Below, piece by piece: positions 35,428-44,372 of a DNA stretch of 64,000 nt. The DNA lies in sequence record KP869111, one strand, 5' to 3'. This DNA comes from Escherichia coli O157 typing phage 13. Positions within the stretch are counted from its first letter, which is position 1; each line of letters opens with the position of its first letter. A program made the position numbers and the translations under genes. Below the pieces are notes generated by a model that was not told the DNA's origin, made no database searches, and worked only from the letters and a program-made list of their open reading frames with translations.

Positions 35428-36711
35428 ATGAGTAAAATCCAAAAATTATTGCGTGAATCTACAACGTCTACTAGCAACTCAATTGGTCGCCCAAATCTCG
35501 TTGCTTTGACTCGCGCTACGACTAAATTAATATATTCTGACATTGTAGCAACACAAAGAACTAATCAACCTGTTGCTGCTTTTTATGGTATCAAATATCT
35601 TAACCCAGATAACGAATTCACATTTAAAACCGGTGCTACTTATGCTGGCGAAGTTGGATATGTAGACCGAGAAAAAATTACTGAACTCACAGAAGAATCA
35701 AAAGTCACACTAAATAAAGGTGATTTTTTCAAATATAATAATATCGTCTATAAAGTGTTAGAAGATACACCATTTGCAGATATTCAAGAAAGTGATCTAG
35801 AATTAGCTCTTCAGATTGCAGTCGTTCATTTAAAGGTACGGTTATTTTCAGATGCAGCGGTAACAAGCAAATTTGAAAGCTCTGATAGCGAAATTTCTGA
35901 TGCAAGATTCCAGATTAATAAATGGCAAACTTCAGTCAAATCTCGCAAACTTAAAACTGGTCTCACGGTTGAATTAGCGCAAGATTTGGAAGCGAATGGA
36001 TTTGATGCCCCTAACTTCTTAGAGGATTTGCTTGCTACTGAAATGGCTGATGAAATTAATAAAGATATTCTTCAGTCTTTAATTACTGTATCGAAACGTT
36101 ATAAAGTTACTGGAATTACTGACACCGGATTTATTGACTTGAGCTATGCATCCGCTCCAGAAGCAGGTCGTTCATTATATCGAATGGTGTGTGAAATGGT
36201 ATCACACATTCAAAAAGAGACAACTTATACTGCAACGTTTTGTGTAGCCTCAGCTCGTGCAGCTGCTATTCTTGCTGCTTCCGGTTGGTTAAAACATAAG
36301 CCAGAAGATGACAAGTATCTTTCACAAAATGCTTATGGATTCTTGGCAAATGGATTACCTCTTTACTGCGATACCAACAGTCCGTTAGATTATGTTATTG
36401 TTGGTGTTGTAGAAAATATCGGCGAAAAAGAAATTGTAGGGTCCATCTTTTATGCTCCATACACTGAAGGAGTAGATTTAGATGACCCGGAACATGTTGG
36501 TGCATTTAAAGTTGTAGTTGATCCAGAAAGCTTGCAACCGTCTATCGGATTATTGGTTAGATATGCTTTATCAGCAAATCCTTACACAGTAGCAAAAGAC
36601 GAAAAAGAAGCGAGAATAATTGATGGTGGGGACATGGATAAAATGGCAGGACGTTCAGACTTGTCTGTTTTACTCGGTGTTAAATTGCCTAAAATTATTA
36701 TAGATGAATAA
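35428..36711 (+). CDS. 24: gp24 head vertex protein
   Basis: 427 aa, paralog-like to gp23; synteny. Confidence 0.9.
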   Translation: MSKIQKLLRESTTSTSNSIGRPNLVALTRATTKLIYSDIVATQRTNQPVAAFYGIKYLNPDNEFTFKTGATYAGEVGYVDREKITELTEESKVTLNKGDFFKYNNIVYKVLEDTPFADIQESDLELALQIAVVHLKVRLFSDAAVTSKFESSDSEISDARFQINKWQTSVKSRKLKTGLTVELAQDLEANGFDAPNFLEDLLATEMADEINKDILQSLITVSKRYKVTGITDTGFIDLSYASAPEAGRSLYRMVCEMVSHIQKETTYTATFCVASARAAAILAASGWLKHKPEDDKYLSQNAYGFLANGLPLYCDTNSPLDYVIVGVVENIGEKEIVGSIFYAPYTEGVDLDDPEHVGAFKVVVDPESLQPSIGLLVRYALSANPYTVAKDEKEARIIDGGDMDKMAGRSDLSVLLGVKLPKIIIDE

Positions 36712-36722
36712 ACAAAAAAAAA

Positions 36723-36743
36723 GGGACCTTACGGTCCCTTTTT
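36723..36743. terminator. bidirectional intrinsic terminator GGGACC-UUAC-GGUCCC between A-run and T-run
   Basis: Hairpin lies between convergent genes 24 (+) and rnlB (-). Confidence 0.75.
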
Positions 36744-36745
36744 CG

Positions 36746-37744
36746 TTATGATACTAATTCAATCCATGCAGGACGCAGAACATCTTGCACCATTCGGACT
36801 AATTCTTTCTTAACAAGATTCGGATTATCGGATGATGTTAATACAATACCTTCACGAGAAGTTTCTTCCAGAATATCTTGAACAGTCAATCCCATCACTT
36901 TGCCAAAATCTTTTGGCGTTACAGTCCCAATCTTAGAAATCACATTATTAACACGGTTTAATGTAACATAACAAGCTAGGACATCAAGCAAGTTTTTGTC
37001 AATTTCGGTTAATGGAACCTGAGTTTTAATAGGCTTATCAGACTTTTTCTTTTCACTGAATTTAGAGTTCTTACACTTAATAGCTACACGAGTACCGTTT
37101 GGCAGCCATTTAGGGAAACAAGGCTTCAGAACATAACCTTCTGCTGTATTATCACCAATAACATTAGCATCAAATACGCAATTATTTGCTTCGACAAGGT
37201 CTTCTGACGCAGTAGCATTATAAGCGGCTAAGACGGAATCAAGGTCGTTTGGAATCATGATAAGAGCATCAAATGTGCCACGACCAAGCATTGGTGCCAT
37301 TTTAAAACCGAATTCATTACAGAAATCTTGCATTTCGTAATCAGTCAAATACGTATTATCACCACTTTCTGTATTGATAATGATATCGAACACATAAAAA
37401 TCTTTTTCACCGTAGTCAACACCTTTCTGGATTCCACCACCAGCGAATTCACCGAATACTTGATATGATACGGCTCGAGCTGTGTACATGAATTCCTGAA
37501 CGGCTTTAATAGCTTTATCATACTTCTTGAGTACGATTTCATAACCATAAAAATCTTCTGCTGGAAGAATAGGGCCTGTGCGCTTGGCGCATGTGACGTT
37601 GTCACGTTCAATAATTAAACTAAAGTTGGTCCCATGGATTTTCTCACGTGCTACCCAAACACCAGTAGTCAAACCATTAGTGTAGAGTTTTTCAATAAAC
37701 TTAGAGTTGTAGTGGTTTTCAAGACTGCTGTATTTCTTAAACAT
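36746..37744 (-). CDS. rnlB: RNA ligase 2 (Rnl2)
   Basis: 332 aa; nucleotidyltransferase motif I KIHGTN; matches T4 Rnl2 N-terminus from memory. Confidence 0.9.
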   Translation of the reverse strand: MFKKYSSLENHYNSKFIEKLYTNGLTTGVWVAREKIHGTNFSLIIERDNVTCAKRTGPILPAEDFYGYEIVLKKYDKAIKAVQEFMYTARAVSYQVFGEFAGGGIQKGVDYGEKDFYVFDIIINTESGDNTYLTDYEMQDFCNEFGFKMAPMLGRGTFDALIMIPNDLDSVLAAYNATASEDLVEANNCVFDANVIGDNTAEGYVLKPCFPKWLPNGTRVAIKCKNSKFSEKKKSDKPIKTQVPLTEIDKNLLDVLACYVTLNRVNNVISKIGTVTPKDFGKVMGLTVQDILEETSREGIVLTSSDNPNLVKKELVRMVQDVLRPAWIELVS

Positions 37745-37835
37745 AAATCACCATTATAAATAATAATATCAAAATAATTAGCAGAGACTCTGTCTCCGAC
37801 CCGATGTTTAATTTGAATGGATAGAACCTAGATTC

Positions 37836-37863
37836 ATTATACCATCAAAAAATGTAAAGCATA
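37836..37863 (-). promoter_or_regulatory. candidate middle promoter for rnlB: MotA box TATGCTTTA - 13 nt - TATAAT
   Basis: MotA-box consensus and perfect -10 on minus strand. Confidence 0.45.
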
Positions 37864-38115
37864 TTAGAACTTGATTTCTATCCAATGCCCATCACGTTGG
37901 TCATGATTAATTTTGTACTGAAAGCCGTTATCACGAAGCCATTGACCGACTTGCTCGGTGATAGTTAAATCATTCTTTGATGGATAGTACGTGAATTGTG
38001 TCTGGCCTTTGTCAGCGGCTTTCTCTGCCATCACAGAGAAGTTAGTAATAAAATCACTCAACAAATTGGCTTTAGTGGCCAGAGCCCTTTCTCTTAATTC
38101 CTGTGCAAAACTCAT
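37864..38115 (-). CDS. hypothetical protein (24.2 position)
   Basis: 83-aa ORF, stop/start overlap with neighbour. Confidence 0.6.
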   Translation of the reverse strand: MSFAQELRERALATKANLLSDFITNFSVMAEKAADKGQTQFTYYPSKNDLTITEQVGQWLRDNGFQYKINHDQRDGHWIEIKF

Positions 38116-38312
38116 TTCTTCACCTTTTTGTTAATCAAACGTTTACGGTATACAACTTTTTCTTTTGCTTTAAACTTTGACCGAGCTGTCTCGGCTTTAG
38201 TCCATAGTAATCCAACTTCTTTAGGTTGTAAACCGATTTTTTGAGCAATTTCTACGAATGAAAATCCCGCCTCATGTAATGTATAAACTTCAACTTCAGC
38301 TCTCATAATCAA
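38112..38312 (-). CDS. small putative HTH DNA-binding protein (24.3 position) with basic tail
   Basis: 66 aa; HTH-like segment FVEIAQKIGLQPKEVGLL. Confidence 0.6.
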   Translation of the reverse strand: MIMRAEVEVYTLHEAGFSFVEIAQKIGLQPKEVGLLWTKAETARSKFKAKEKVVYRKRLINKKVKK

Positions 38313-38387
38313 TCCAGTATTATTTGGTTTGTGCCATTATATACATCAATCTCAAGATGTGTTTTGTATGCTTTAAAAACGAAGAAA

Positions 38388-38401
38388 GGGGCCGAAGCCC
38401 C
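38388..38401 (-). terminator. intrinsic terminator GGGGC-UUCG-GCCCC followed by U-rich tract (minus strand) after hoc
   Basis: Hairpin immediately downstream of hoc stop. Confidence 0.6.
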
Positions 38402-38407
38402 TTACGA

Positions 38408-39823
38408 TTATGGATATGTATAGATGATACCAGTTTCTAAAGCAGTTTTATGGATGATGTATCCATTACGTGATTCTTGAACATCAACTTCTGGATAGTC
38501 TTTCATCATCTTCTGAAGAGTGTAACGATGCAGGTAGTATTTACTATCTGGATCGTCAATTTTCCAATCTTTACCTTCTTCAGTCATTTTTTGTATTTCA
38601 TCCATAACCCACCAACCGCACCAGATGTAAGCTGAAGTACGATGTGGAAGAGGATGAACATAAGGTAATTCACCTTCTGGTTCAATTGGAGTCCGTTCAG
38701 CAATAACAACTTCAGCGGTTGAACTAATTGTCTTTGAAGTATAATTATCTTTAGTTAATACTGCTTCAACTTTAATTGTATGAGTACCCGCTGAGGAGGT
38801 ATCAATACTGTAAGTATTGGTAGAATTACTTTCTGCTACGTTGTCTTTCTTCCAAGAATATACAATATTAGTATCACCTGGAGCACCAGTAACAGATGCT
38901 GTTAAAGTTGCAGTTCCACCAACAGTAGTATTAACTGATGGCGGAGATAAAGAAATGGTGGCACTATTAAATGTCGCATTATTAGTTACTACTGTTGCTT
39001 CTGCTGAAATTTCTTTTGTAACATAATCTGTTGCAGAAACAGATACGGTGCATTTAAGAGTTTTACTTCCGACCTCGGTTGGAGTGAATTTATACGTAGC
39101 AGAAGTTGCATCCGGAATATTACTGTCATCCATTGACCACTGGAATGATGTAGTAGCACCTGGAGGTGCACTAGAGACATTTGCAGTTAAAGTAATAGGA
39201 ACACCAAAGACCGTAGTCGGAGACTCAGGCGTAATTTTTAGTGTTGAAGAATTAGCCTTTTTATTTACAGTCAAAGAAACCGCTGATGATTCTACTGTTT
39301 TATCAACGTAATCAGTTGCAGTCACTGTGACAGAACAAGTTATAGACTTAGTTCCTTCGGATGTTGGTATATATTCAAAGGTTGATTGCTTTTGACCATC
39401 AACAGCGACCCCGTCAACTTTCCATGTATAAGCAATAGCAGCACCACTAGGTTGATTGCTTACATTAGCAGTGAATGTTGTTGCTGTTCCAATTTCTACT
39501 GCCGCCGGAGAAGCCGGAGTAACAGCGACGGTAGAATTATTTTCTTTCTTATTAACAGTGATAGTTGTTGACGCTTCAGCTATTTCCGGATCTCCTGCGG
39601 AAAGTGTATTAGTTGCAACCACTTTAATTTTTTTTGTTCCTGCTGGAGAAGCAAGAGTATAATCCATTGTAGCAGCCGTAGAATCCTGTGCTATATCATC
39701 TACAGTCCAGACGTATGTAATAGTACCATCCGGAGTTTCACCTGCAGGTGTAGCAGTGAATGTTTGTGAACCTCCAATAACCCCTGTAGGAGTTATTGGA
39801 GATAACGTGACAGTGAATGTCAT
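38408..39823 (-). CDS. hoc: Hoc, highly immunogenic outer capsid protein with four tandem Ig-like domains
   Basis: 471 aa; four ~95-aa T/S/V-rich repeats plus C-terminal capsid-binding region. Confidence 0.85.
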   Translation of the reverse strand: MTFTVTLSPITPTGVIGGSQTFTATPAGETPDGTITYVWTVDDIAQDSTAATMDYTLASPAGTKKIKVVATNTLSAGDPEIAEASTTITVNKKENNSTVAVTPASPAAVEIGTATTFTANVSNQPSGAAIAYTWKVDGVAVDGQKQSTFEYIPTSEGTKSITCSVTVTATDYVDKTVESSAVSLTVNKKANSSTLKITPESPTTVFGVPITLTANVSSAPPGATTSFQWSMDDSNIPDATSATYKFTPTEVGSKTLKCTVSVSATDYVTKEISAEATVVTNNATFNSATISLSPPSVNTTVGGTATLTASVTGAPGDTNIVYSWKKDNVAESNSTNTYSIDTSSAGTHTIKVEAVLTKDNYTSKTISSTAEVVIAERTPIEPEGELPYVHPLPHRTSAYIWCGWWVMDEIQKMTEEGKDWKIDDPDSKYYLHRYTLQKMMKDYPEVDVQESRNGYIIHKTALETGIIYTYP

Positions 39824-39832
39824 AAGTTATCC

Positions 39833-40501
39833 TTATTTTAATGTTATGAAAGAAGAATTACGAGTTTCACGAATTAGAACTGATCCGTCGCGATTAATAT
39901 AATAAATTAAGCTAAATAATGTTTGGTGAGCAGAAGCATGTACAAAACTAGTTGGGCGAGATTTCCAATCTGGGGTTTCGGCTATCCATTGATAAATCCA
40001 CCAAGGAACAGTAACATACCCTGGGCCTTTGCCTAATTTAATGAGTGTAGGACTAAAATTTTCAGGCAGAACAAATTTTACTTCTTTATTTACCTCTGAC
40101 TCAGGCTCTTTTTCAGATTCAACAACCTGAGTAATTGCTTCTTCGAATTTATCATGGTCGAATTCTTTTTCTTGTTCGACAACTTCTAATACTTCAACTT
40201 GTTCTGTTGGAGAATCAAACAACAGAATAGCTTCTTCTTTAACTTCTTCGTTGGTGAAATTAACACCATCCACATCATCTGCGGCAGTAATTAAATCAGT
40301 GATAGATAATCCATCAGTTTCAGGTAATGGTTCATCAGCCAGTGCGTTAAGAGCTTCTTCGATATCAATAACAATATTATCGAATGATTTTGTTTTCTTA
40401 ACACTAATGCCAAATTGTTTCGCATATTCGAACAGTTTAGCTTTGGCTTCCTTTTTATCAGAAAGAGCACGTAACTCTTCAATATAGTCTTTATCGATCA
40501 T
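39833..40501 (-). CDS. inh: Inh, inhibitor of prohead protease
   Basis: 222 aa; position between hoc and uvsW. Confidence 0.75.
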   Translation of the reverse strand: MIDKDYIEELRALSDKKEAKAKLFEYAKQFGISVKKTKSFDNIVIDIEEALNALADEPLPETDGLSITDLITAADDVDGVNFTNEEVKEEAILLFDSPTEQVEVLEVVEQEKEFDHDKFEEAITQVVESEKEPESEVNKEVKFVLPENFSPTLIKLGKGPGYVTVPWWIYQWIAETPDWKSRPTSFVHASAHQTLFSLIYYINRDGSVLIRETRNSSFITLK

Positions 40502-40514
40502 GGTATTTCCTCAT

Positions 40515-40522
40515 TATAAATA
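40515..40522 (+). promoter_or_regulatory. late promoter TATAAATA upstream of uvsW
   Basis: Exact motif 30 nt upstream of uvsW ATG. Confidence 0.6.
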
Positions 40523-40551
40523 TAACTATATTTATTACATGGTAATTTGAC

Positions 40552-42066
40552 ATGACTGACATTAAAGTACATTTTTATGATTTTAGTCACGTGCGCATTG
40601 AATGCGACGAAAGTACGTTTTATGAACTTCGTGACTTTTTTAGCTTTGAAGCTGACGGGTATAAATTTAACCCAAAATATCGCTATGGGCAATGGGATGG
40701 TAGAATTCGACTTTTAGATTACAATCGTTTGTTACCATATGGACTTGTAGGACAAATAAAAAAGTTCTGTAACAATATGAGTTATTCTGTATGGATTGAC
40801 CCTAAAATCTTTGAGACTGAAGACCTTACCAGGGAAGATTTTGACGCATGGCTTTCTAAACAAGAAATTTATTCGGGCAACACCAAAATCGAACCACATT
40901 GGTATCAAAAAGATGCAGTATATGAAGGACTAGTTAATCGTCGTCGAATTTTAAACCTTCCGACATCAGCAGGTAAATCACTAATCCAAGCACTTTTAGC
41001 TCGGTATTATTTAGAGAACTATGAAGGTAAAATTCTCATTATCGTCCCTACAACAGCATTGACAACCCAAATGGCTAATGATTTTGTTGATTATCGCTTG
41101 TTTAGTCATTCGATGATTAAGAAAATTGGCGGTGGTGCTGATAAAGCGGACAAATCTAAAAACGACGCTCCAATTATTGTTGGCACATGGCAAACGGTAG
41201 TTAAGCAGCCTAAAGAATGGTTCTCTCAGTTCGGTATGATGATGAACGATGAATGCCACTTAGCAACAGGCAAAAGTATTTCTTCAATCATCGCAGGATT
41301 AAATAATTGCATGTTTAAATTCGGTTTATCCGGCTCATTAAGAGACGGAAAAGCCAATGTAATGCAGTACGTAGGTATGTTCGGCGAAATCTTCCGTCCT
41401 GTTAGCACGTCTAAATTAATGGAAGACGGACAGGTAACTGAGCTTAAGATTAATAGTATTTTCCTTCGTTATCCGGACGAATTCACCGTTAAATTAAAAG
41501 GTAAAACATACCAAGAAGAAGTTAAAATTATTACCGGACTAAAACGTCGTACAAAGTGGATTGCTCAACTTTCGGTCAAATTGGCTAAGAAAGACGAGAA
41601 CGCCTTTGTAATGTTTAAACACGTTACACACGGTAAAGAAATATTTGAAGCTATTAAAGAGCTTGGATACGAAAAAGTTTATTACGTATCAGGTGAAGTT
41701 GATACTGAAACACGTAACGCGCTTAAAGTCATGGCAGAAAATGGTAAAGGCATTATTATTGTCGCATCATATGGAGTATTCTCTACTGGTATTTCAGTCA
41801 AGAATCTTCATCATGTTATTTTTGCTCATGGTGTTAAATCAAAAATTATCGTACTTCAAACCGTAGGTCGTGTGCTTCGCAAGCATGGTTCTAAAGCTGT
41901 TGCTACAGTTTGGGATCTCATCGACGATGCAGGTGTAAAACCTAAATCATTAAATACTAAAAAGAAGTATACTCATCTTAATTACTTGTTAAAACACGGT
42001 ATTGATCGTATCCAACGTTACGCTGATGAGAAATTTAACTATGTAATGAAAACAATTAATTTATAA
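40552..42066 (+). CDS. uvsW: UvsW SF2 DNA/RNA helicase
   Basis: 504 aa; Walker A TSAGKS, motif II DECH. Confidence 0.9.
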   Translation: MTDIKVHFYDFSHVRIECDESTFYELRDFFSFEADGYKFNPKYRYGQWDGRIRLLDYNRLLPYGLVGQIKKFCNNMSYSVWIDPKIFETEDLTREDFDAWLSKQEIYSGNTKIEPHWYQKDAVYEGLVNRRRILNLPTSAGKSLIQALLARYYLENYEGKILIIVPTTALTTQMANDFVDYRLFSHSMIKKIGGGADKADKSKNDAPIIVGTWQTVVKQPKEWFSQFGMMMNDECHLATGKSISSIIAGLNNCMFKFGLSGSLRDGKANVMQYVGMFGEIFRPVSTSKLMEDGQVTELKINSIFLRYPDEFTVKLKGKTYQEEVKIITGLKRRTKWIAQLSVKLAKKDENAFVMFKHVTHGKEIFEAIKELGYEKVYYVSGEVDTETRNALKVMAENGKGIIIVASYGVFSTGISVKNLHHVIFAHGVKSKIIVLQTVGRVLRKHGSKAVATVWDLIDDAGVKPKSLNTKKKYTHLNYLLKHGIDRIQRYADEKFNYVMKTINL

Positions 42067-42080
42067 GGGCTTCGGCCCTT
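42065..42080 (+). promoter_or_regulatory. hairpin AAGGGC-UUCG-GCCCUU overlapping uvsW stop, adjacent to uvsW.1 RBS
   Basis: 6-bp stem with UUCG loop. Confidence 0.4.
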
Positions 42081-42091
42081 AGGAGATAAAA

Positions 42092-42322
42092 ATGGTACTT
42101 GAATTTAAACAATTTTTATACGAAGCATCTATTGACGAATTCATGGGTAAAATTGCTAGTTGTCATACCCTAGAAGGGCTTGAAGAATTGGAAGCTTATT
42201 ATAAGAAACGTATAAAAGAAACGGAATTAAAAGATACAGATGATATTTCTGTCAGGGATGCCTTAGCAGGTAAGCGTGCCGAACTTGAAGGCGATGATGA
42301 GGATGTGGAAGAAGACTTCTAA
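42092..42322 (+). CDS. uvsW.1: UvsW.1 small acidic protein
   Basis: 76 aa immediately after uvsW. Confidence 0.75.
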   Translation: MVLEFKQFLYEASIDEFMGKIASCHTLEGLEELEAYYKKRIKETELKDTDDISVRDALAGKRAELEGDDEDVEEDF

Positions 42323-42333
42323 TTAAAAAAAAA

Positions 42334-42356
42334 GGCCCGACCTTTTTGGAAGGGCC
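42334..42356 (-). terminator. intrinsic terminator (stem GGCCCGACC/GGAAGGGCC, then T9 on minus strand)
   Basis: Hairpin followed by nine T on minus strand, downstream of the small minus-strand ORF. Confidence 0.65.
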
Positions 42357-42382
42357 AAAAACCATAGGCAAAAAAGGTAACA

Positions 42383-42550
42383 CTATAGTAAAAGTTGGGT
42401 TTCGTTCAATTGCTCTTCTGAACTTTCTGAAACCGGCAATTGTTGGACATAATTATAACAAGGACCAGGATGTGCTGGACCTTTGTCTGTTTCAACAACC
42501 AATGCAGAATCGATTGGAGTTTTACAGACAACACAAATCTTATCTGACAT
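42383..42550 (-). CDS. small Cys-containing protein (55 aa; uvsY.-2 position)
   Basis: Manual translation MSDKICVVCKTP...PGPCYNY...; GGAGG SD; below the ORF-track size cutoff. Confidence 0.55.
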   Translation of the reverse strand: MSDKICVVCKTPIDSALVVETDKGPAHPGPCYNYVQQLPVSESSEEQLNETQLLL

Positions 42551-42579
42551 GATTGCCTCCTAAGTTGAAATTACATATC

Positions 42580-42587
42580 TATTTATA
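42580..42587 (-). promoter_or_regulatory. late promoter TATAAATA (minus strand) upstream of the 55-aa ORF
   Basis: Exact motif on minus strand. Confidence 0.4.
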
Positions 42588-42807
42588 CAACTCTCATATG
42601 CATATCAATGCCCATATCTTTAGAATAAAAATATTCATCAAGATATCCGGCAAATTTTCCTTTAATATAAAGGACGTCTTCACCACACGGGTGGTCTGCC
42701 AGGATACGAATATCCTGACGACGTAGACGATACTTTTCCATTAAGAATTTAATTTCAGTTTCAAATTCTTCGTCATTATTAAAGGCATCTTCAATTGAAT
42801 AACGCAT
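42583..42807 (-). CDS. hypothetical protein (uvsY.-1 position)
   Basis: 74-aa ORF directly downstream of uvsY. Confidence 0.65.
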   Translation of the reverse strand: MRYSIEDAFNNDEEFETEIKFLMEKYRLRRQDIRILADHPCGEDVLYIKGKFAGYLDEYFYSKDMGIDMHMRVV

Positions 42808-43220
42808 TATTGCCCCGCTTCAAATTCTCGCATATCCTGGATATGTTTAAGTGCAAAACTACGAGACTTAACCGCGTCAAGTGCACCACTACAGAACTCA
42901 AGTAAAATTCCCCAGTATTGTAAAGTAGTCTCTATTTTAAGCACATCTTTATCTGCAGCCAGGACAGTTTTCATTTCAGATTTCTCATATCGGTCCATAC
43001 TGAATTCATCACCGTCACCTCGTCCCGAGTAGTAGTCTAATCTTGCTTTTAGAGCAGTTTTCTTCTGAGTCTCTATACGCAACATTTCTTTACGAATAAA
43101 TGAGTGCTTACGTAGCCATTTGCTGTATAACTTAACATTATTCGCCGTCTCATATTGCAACTTTGTCGTATCAATAGCTAAGTCTGCGTCTAACTCTTCC
43201 TGTAAATCTTCCAGCTTCAT
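42807..43220 (-). CDS. uvsY: UvsY recombination mediator
   Basis: ATG at 43220 gives 137 aa MKLEDLQEEL...; track ORF extends upstream in frame. Confidence 0.9.
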   Translation of the reverse strand: MKLEDLQEELDADLAIDTTKLQYETANNVKLYSKWLRKHSFIRKEMLRIETQKKTALKARLDYYSGRGDGDEFSMDRYEKSEMKTVLAADKDVLKIETTLQYWGILLEFCSGALDAVKSRSFALKHIQDMREFEAGQ

Positions 43221-43275
43221 AATATTCTCTCTTTTAACTAATAATCTCCCGGCTGTATCGGAAGGACCTAAAACC

Positions 43276-43303
43276 ATTATACATAGGTTGCCTTGAAGCA
43301 TTA
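43276..43303 (-). promoter_or_regulatory. middle promoter PuvsY: MotA box TAATGCTTCA - 12 nt - TATAAT
   Basis: Consensus MotA box and -10 in the 25/uvsY intergenic region. Confidence 0.7.
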
Positions 43304-43699
43304 CACTCTATTGCTTGACGCTAACTGAAGTTTAATTTGTTCAATATCGTCAGGGTTGTCTACGACCGAAAATCTAATCTCTACTATAACCGTATAGTCA
43401 TCATATACTGGCGTTACACTTACAGAAAGTTTGTCGATGCGTGGCTCATAGTTACGAACAGCTGCCTGGATATTACGCTCAATCGTATCGGCTGTAAGTG
43501 GTGTCATGTTCTCGAAAAGTTCATCGACCAAATCACATCCAAATTCAGGGTCGAAGGGGCGTGAGCCTTTTCTAGTTGTCACTATGCCAAGAAGACTATT
43601 TTTAATAGAACGAAGTCCTACAGAACGAGCAACGTCCTTGTTCCAATCCATACGCATTTCTGGGTCGATATCTGAATAAAGTTTATTGATATTAGACAT
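43301..43699 (-). CDS. 25: gp25 baseplate wedge protein
   Basis: 132 aa; synteny. Confidence 0.9.
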   Translation of the reverse strand: MSNINKLYSDIDPEMRMDWNKDVARSVGLRSIKNSLLGIVTTRKGSRPFDPEFGCDLVDELFENMTPLTADTIERNIQAAVRNYEPRIDKLSVSVTPVYDDYTVIVEIRFSVVDNPDDIEQIKLQLASSNRV

Positions 43700-44325
43700 T
43701 ATAGTAACTCAAAGAATTCTTTGAGGCCTCGTATTGTGTGAACGTGTGACGCCCCACATTTGGGACATTTAATAGGGGTTGCTAGATAAATTGATGGTGA
43801 TACTAAAAGATTTTTAATATTGATCATGTCATCTTCCGTTATAAGGCCATAAAGGTCGTTTATTTCTGCTTCAGTTAAATCTTCAACAGGGATGGACTCT
43901 CCATTGACAAAAACGGCCTCAATACATGAAGCAATCATTAATGCGATATTTTTATCGTCAAATAATTTAGGTTGACGGAACTTAATTTTAATACCGCTGA
44001 ACGAATACCAGGGATCGGCCTGTTCATCTAATTGAGTGTGCAATAAATTCATATAGACTTGAAATGAATGCCCACAGGAACAATTCCAGGTGTGTTCTTG
44101 ATTCACTTCACCTAATGAATGTGCCCACAGATTTACCAACAATAACTCGGCTTCTTGTTTAGTCAAGTTTTTAGCATTAGAGCAATTAGTGATAATATTG
44201 TTCACTGCTGATTCAATAGTACCGGTAGCCCGCGCACCTATGAGTCCTAAATATTCTTTTAAAGTAAAGGCTCTACAATTCACTTCTTTATCGCCTAAAC
44301 GTACGGTAAACGTATATTTGTACAT
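43699..44325 (-). CDS. 26: gp26 baseplate hub protein
   Basis: 208 aa; synteny. Confidence 0.85.
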   Translation of the reverse strand: MYKYTFTVRLGDKEVNCRAFTLKEYLGLIGARATGTIESAVNNIITNCSNAKNLTKQEAELLLVNLWAHSLGEVNQEHTWNCSCGHSFQVYMNLLHTQLDEQADPWYSFSGIKIKFRQPKLFDDKNIALMIASCIEAVFVNGESIPVEDLTEAEINDLYGLITEDDMINIKNLLVSPSIYLATPIKCPKCGASHVHTIRGLKEFFELL

Positions 44326-44343
44326 GTTAACTCCTTTATTGTG

Positions 44344-44355
44344 TATTTATAAATA
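44344..44355. promoter_or_regulatory. divergent overlapping late promoters: TATAAATA on both strands (gene 26 on minus, gene 51 on plus)
   Basis: Sequence tatttataaata carries the motif on each strand between divergent late genes. Confidence 0.6.
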
Positions 44356-44372
44356 ATAGAAAAGGAGTAATT

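Noticed and set aside
37755-37762. Plus-strand TATAAATA next to the rnlB start
   Set aside because: It would drive antisense transcription into minus-strand genes. The 8-mer is expected about 15 times by chance in 64 kb of this composition, so motif presence alone is not evidence.
40546-40551. TTGACA hexamer just before uvsW
   Set aside because: It abuts the uvsW start codon, leaving no room for a -10 or transcript start; the late promoter at 40515 explains uvsW expression.
43221-43301. Upstream in-frame extension of uvsY (164 aa in track)
   Set aside because: The extension covers the uvsY middle promoter; ATG at 43220 gives the expected 137-aa protein with an RBS.
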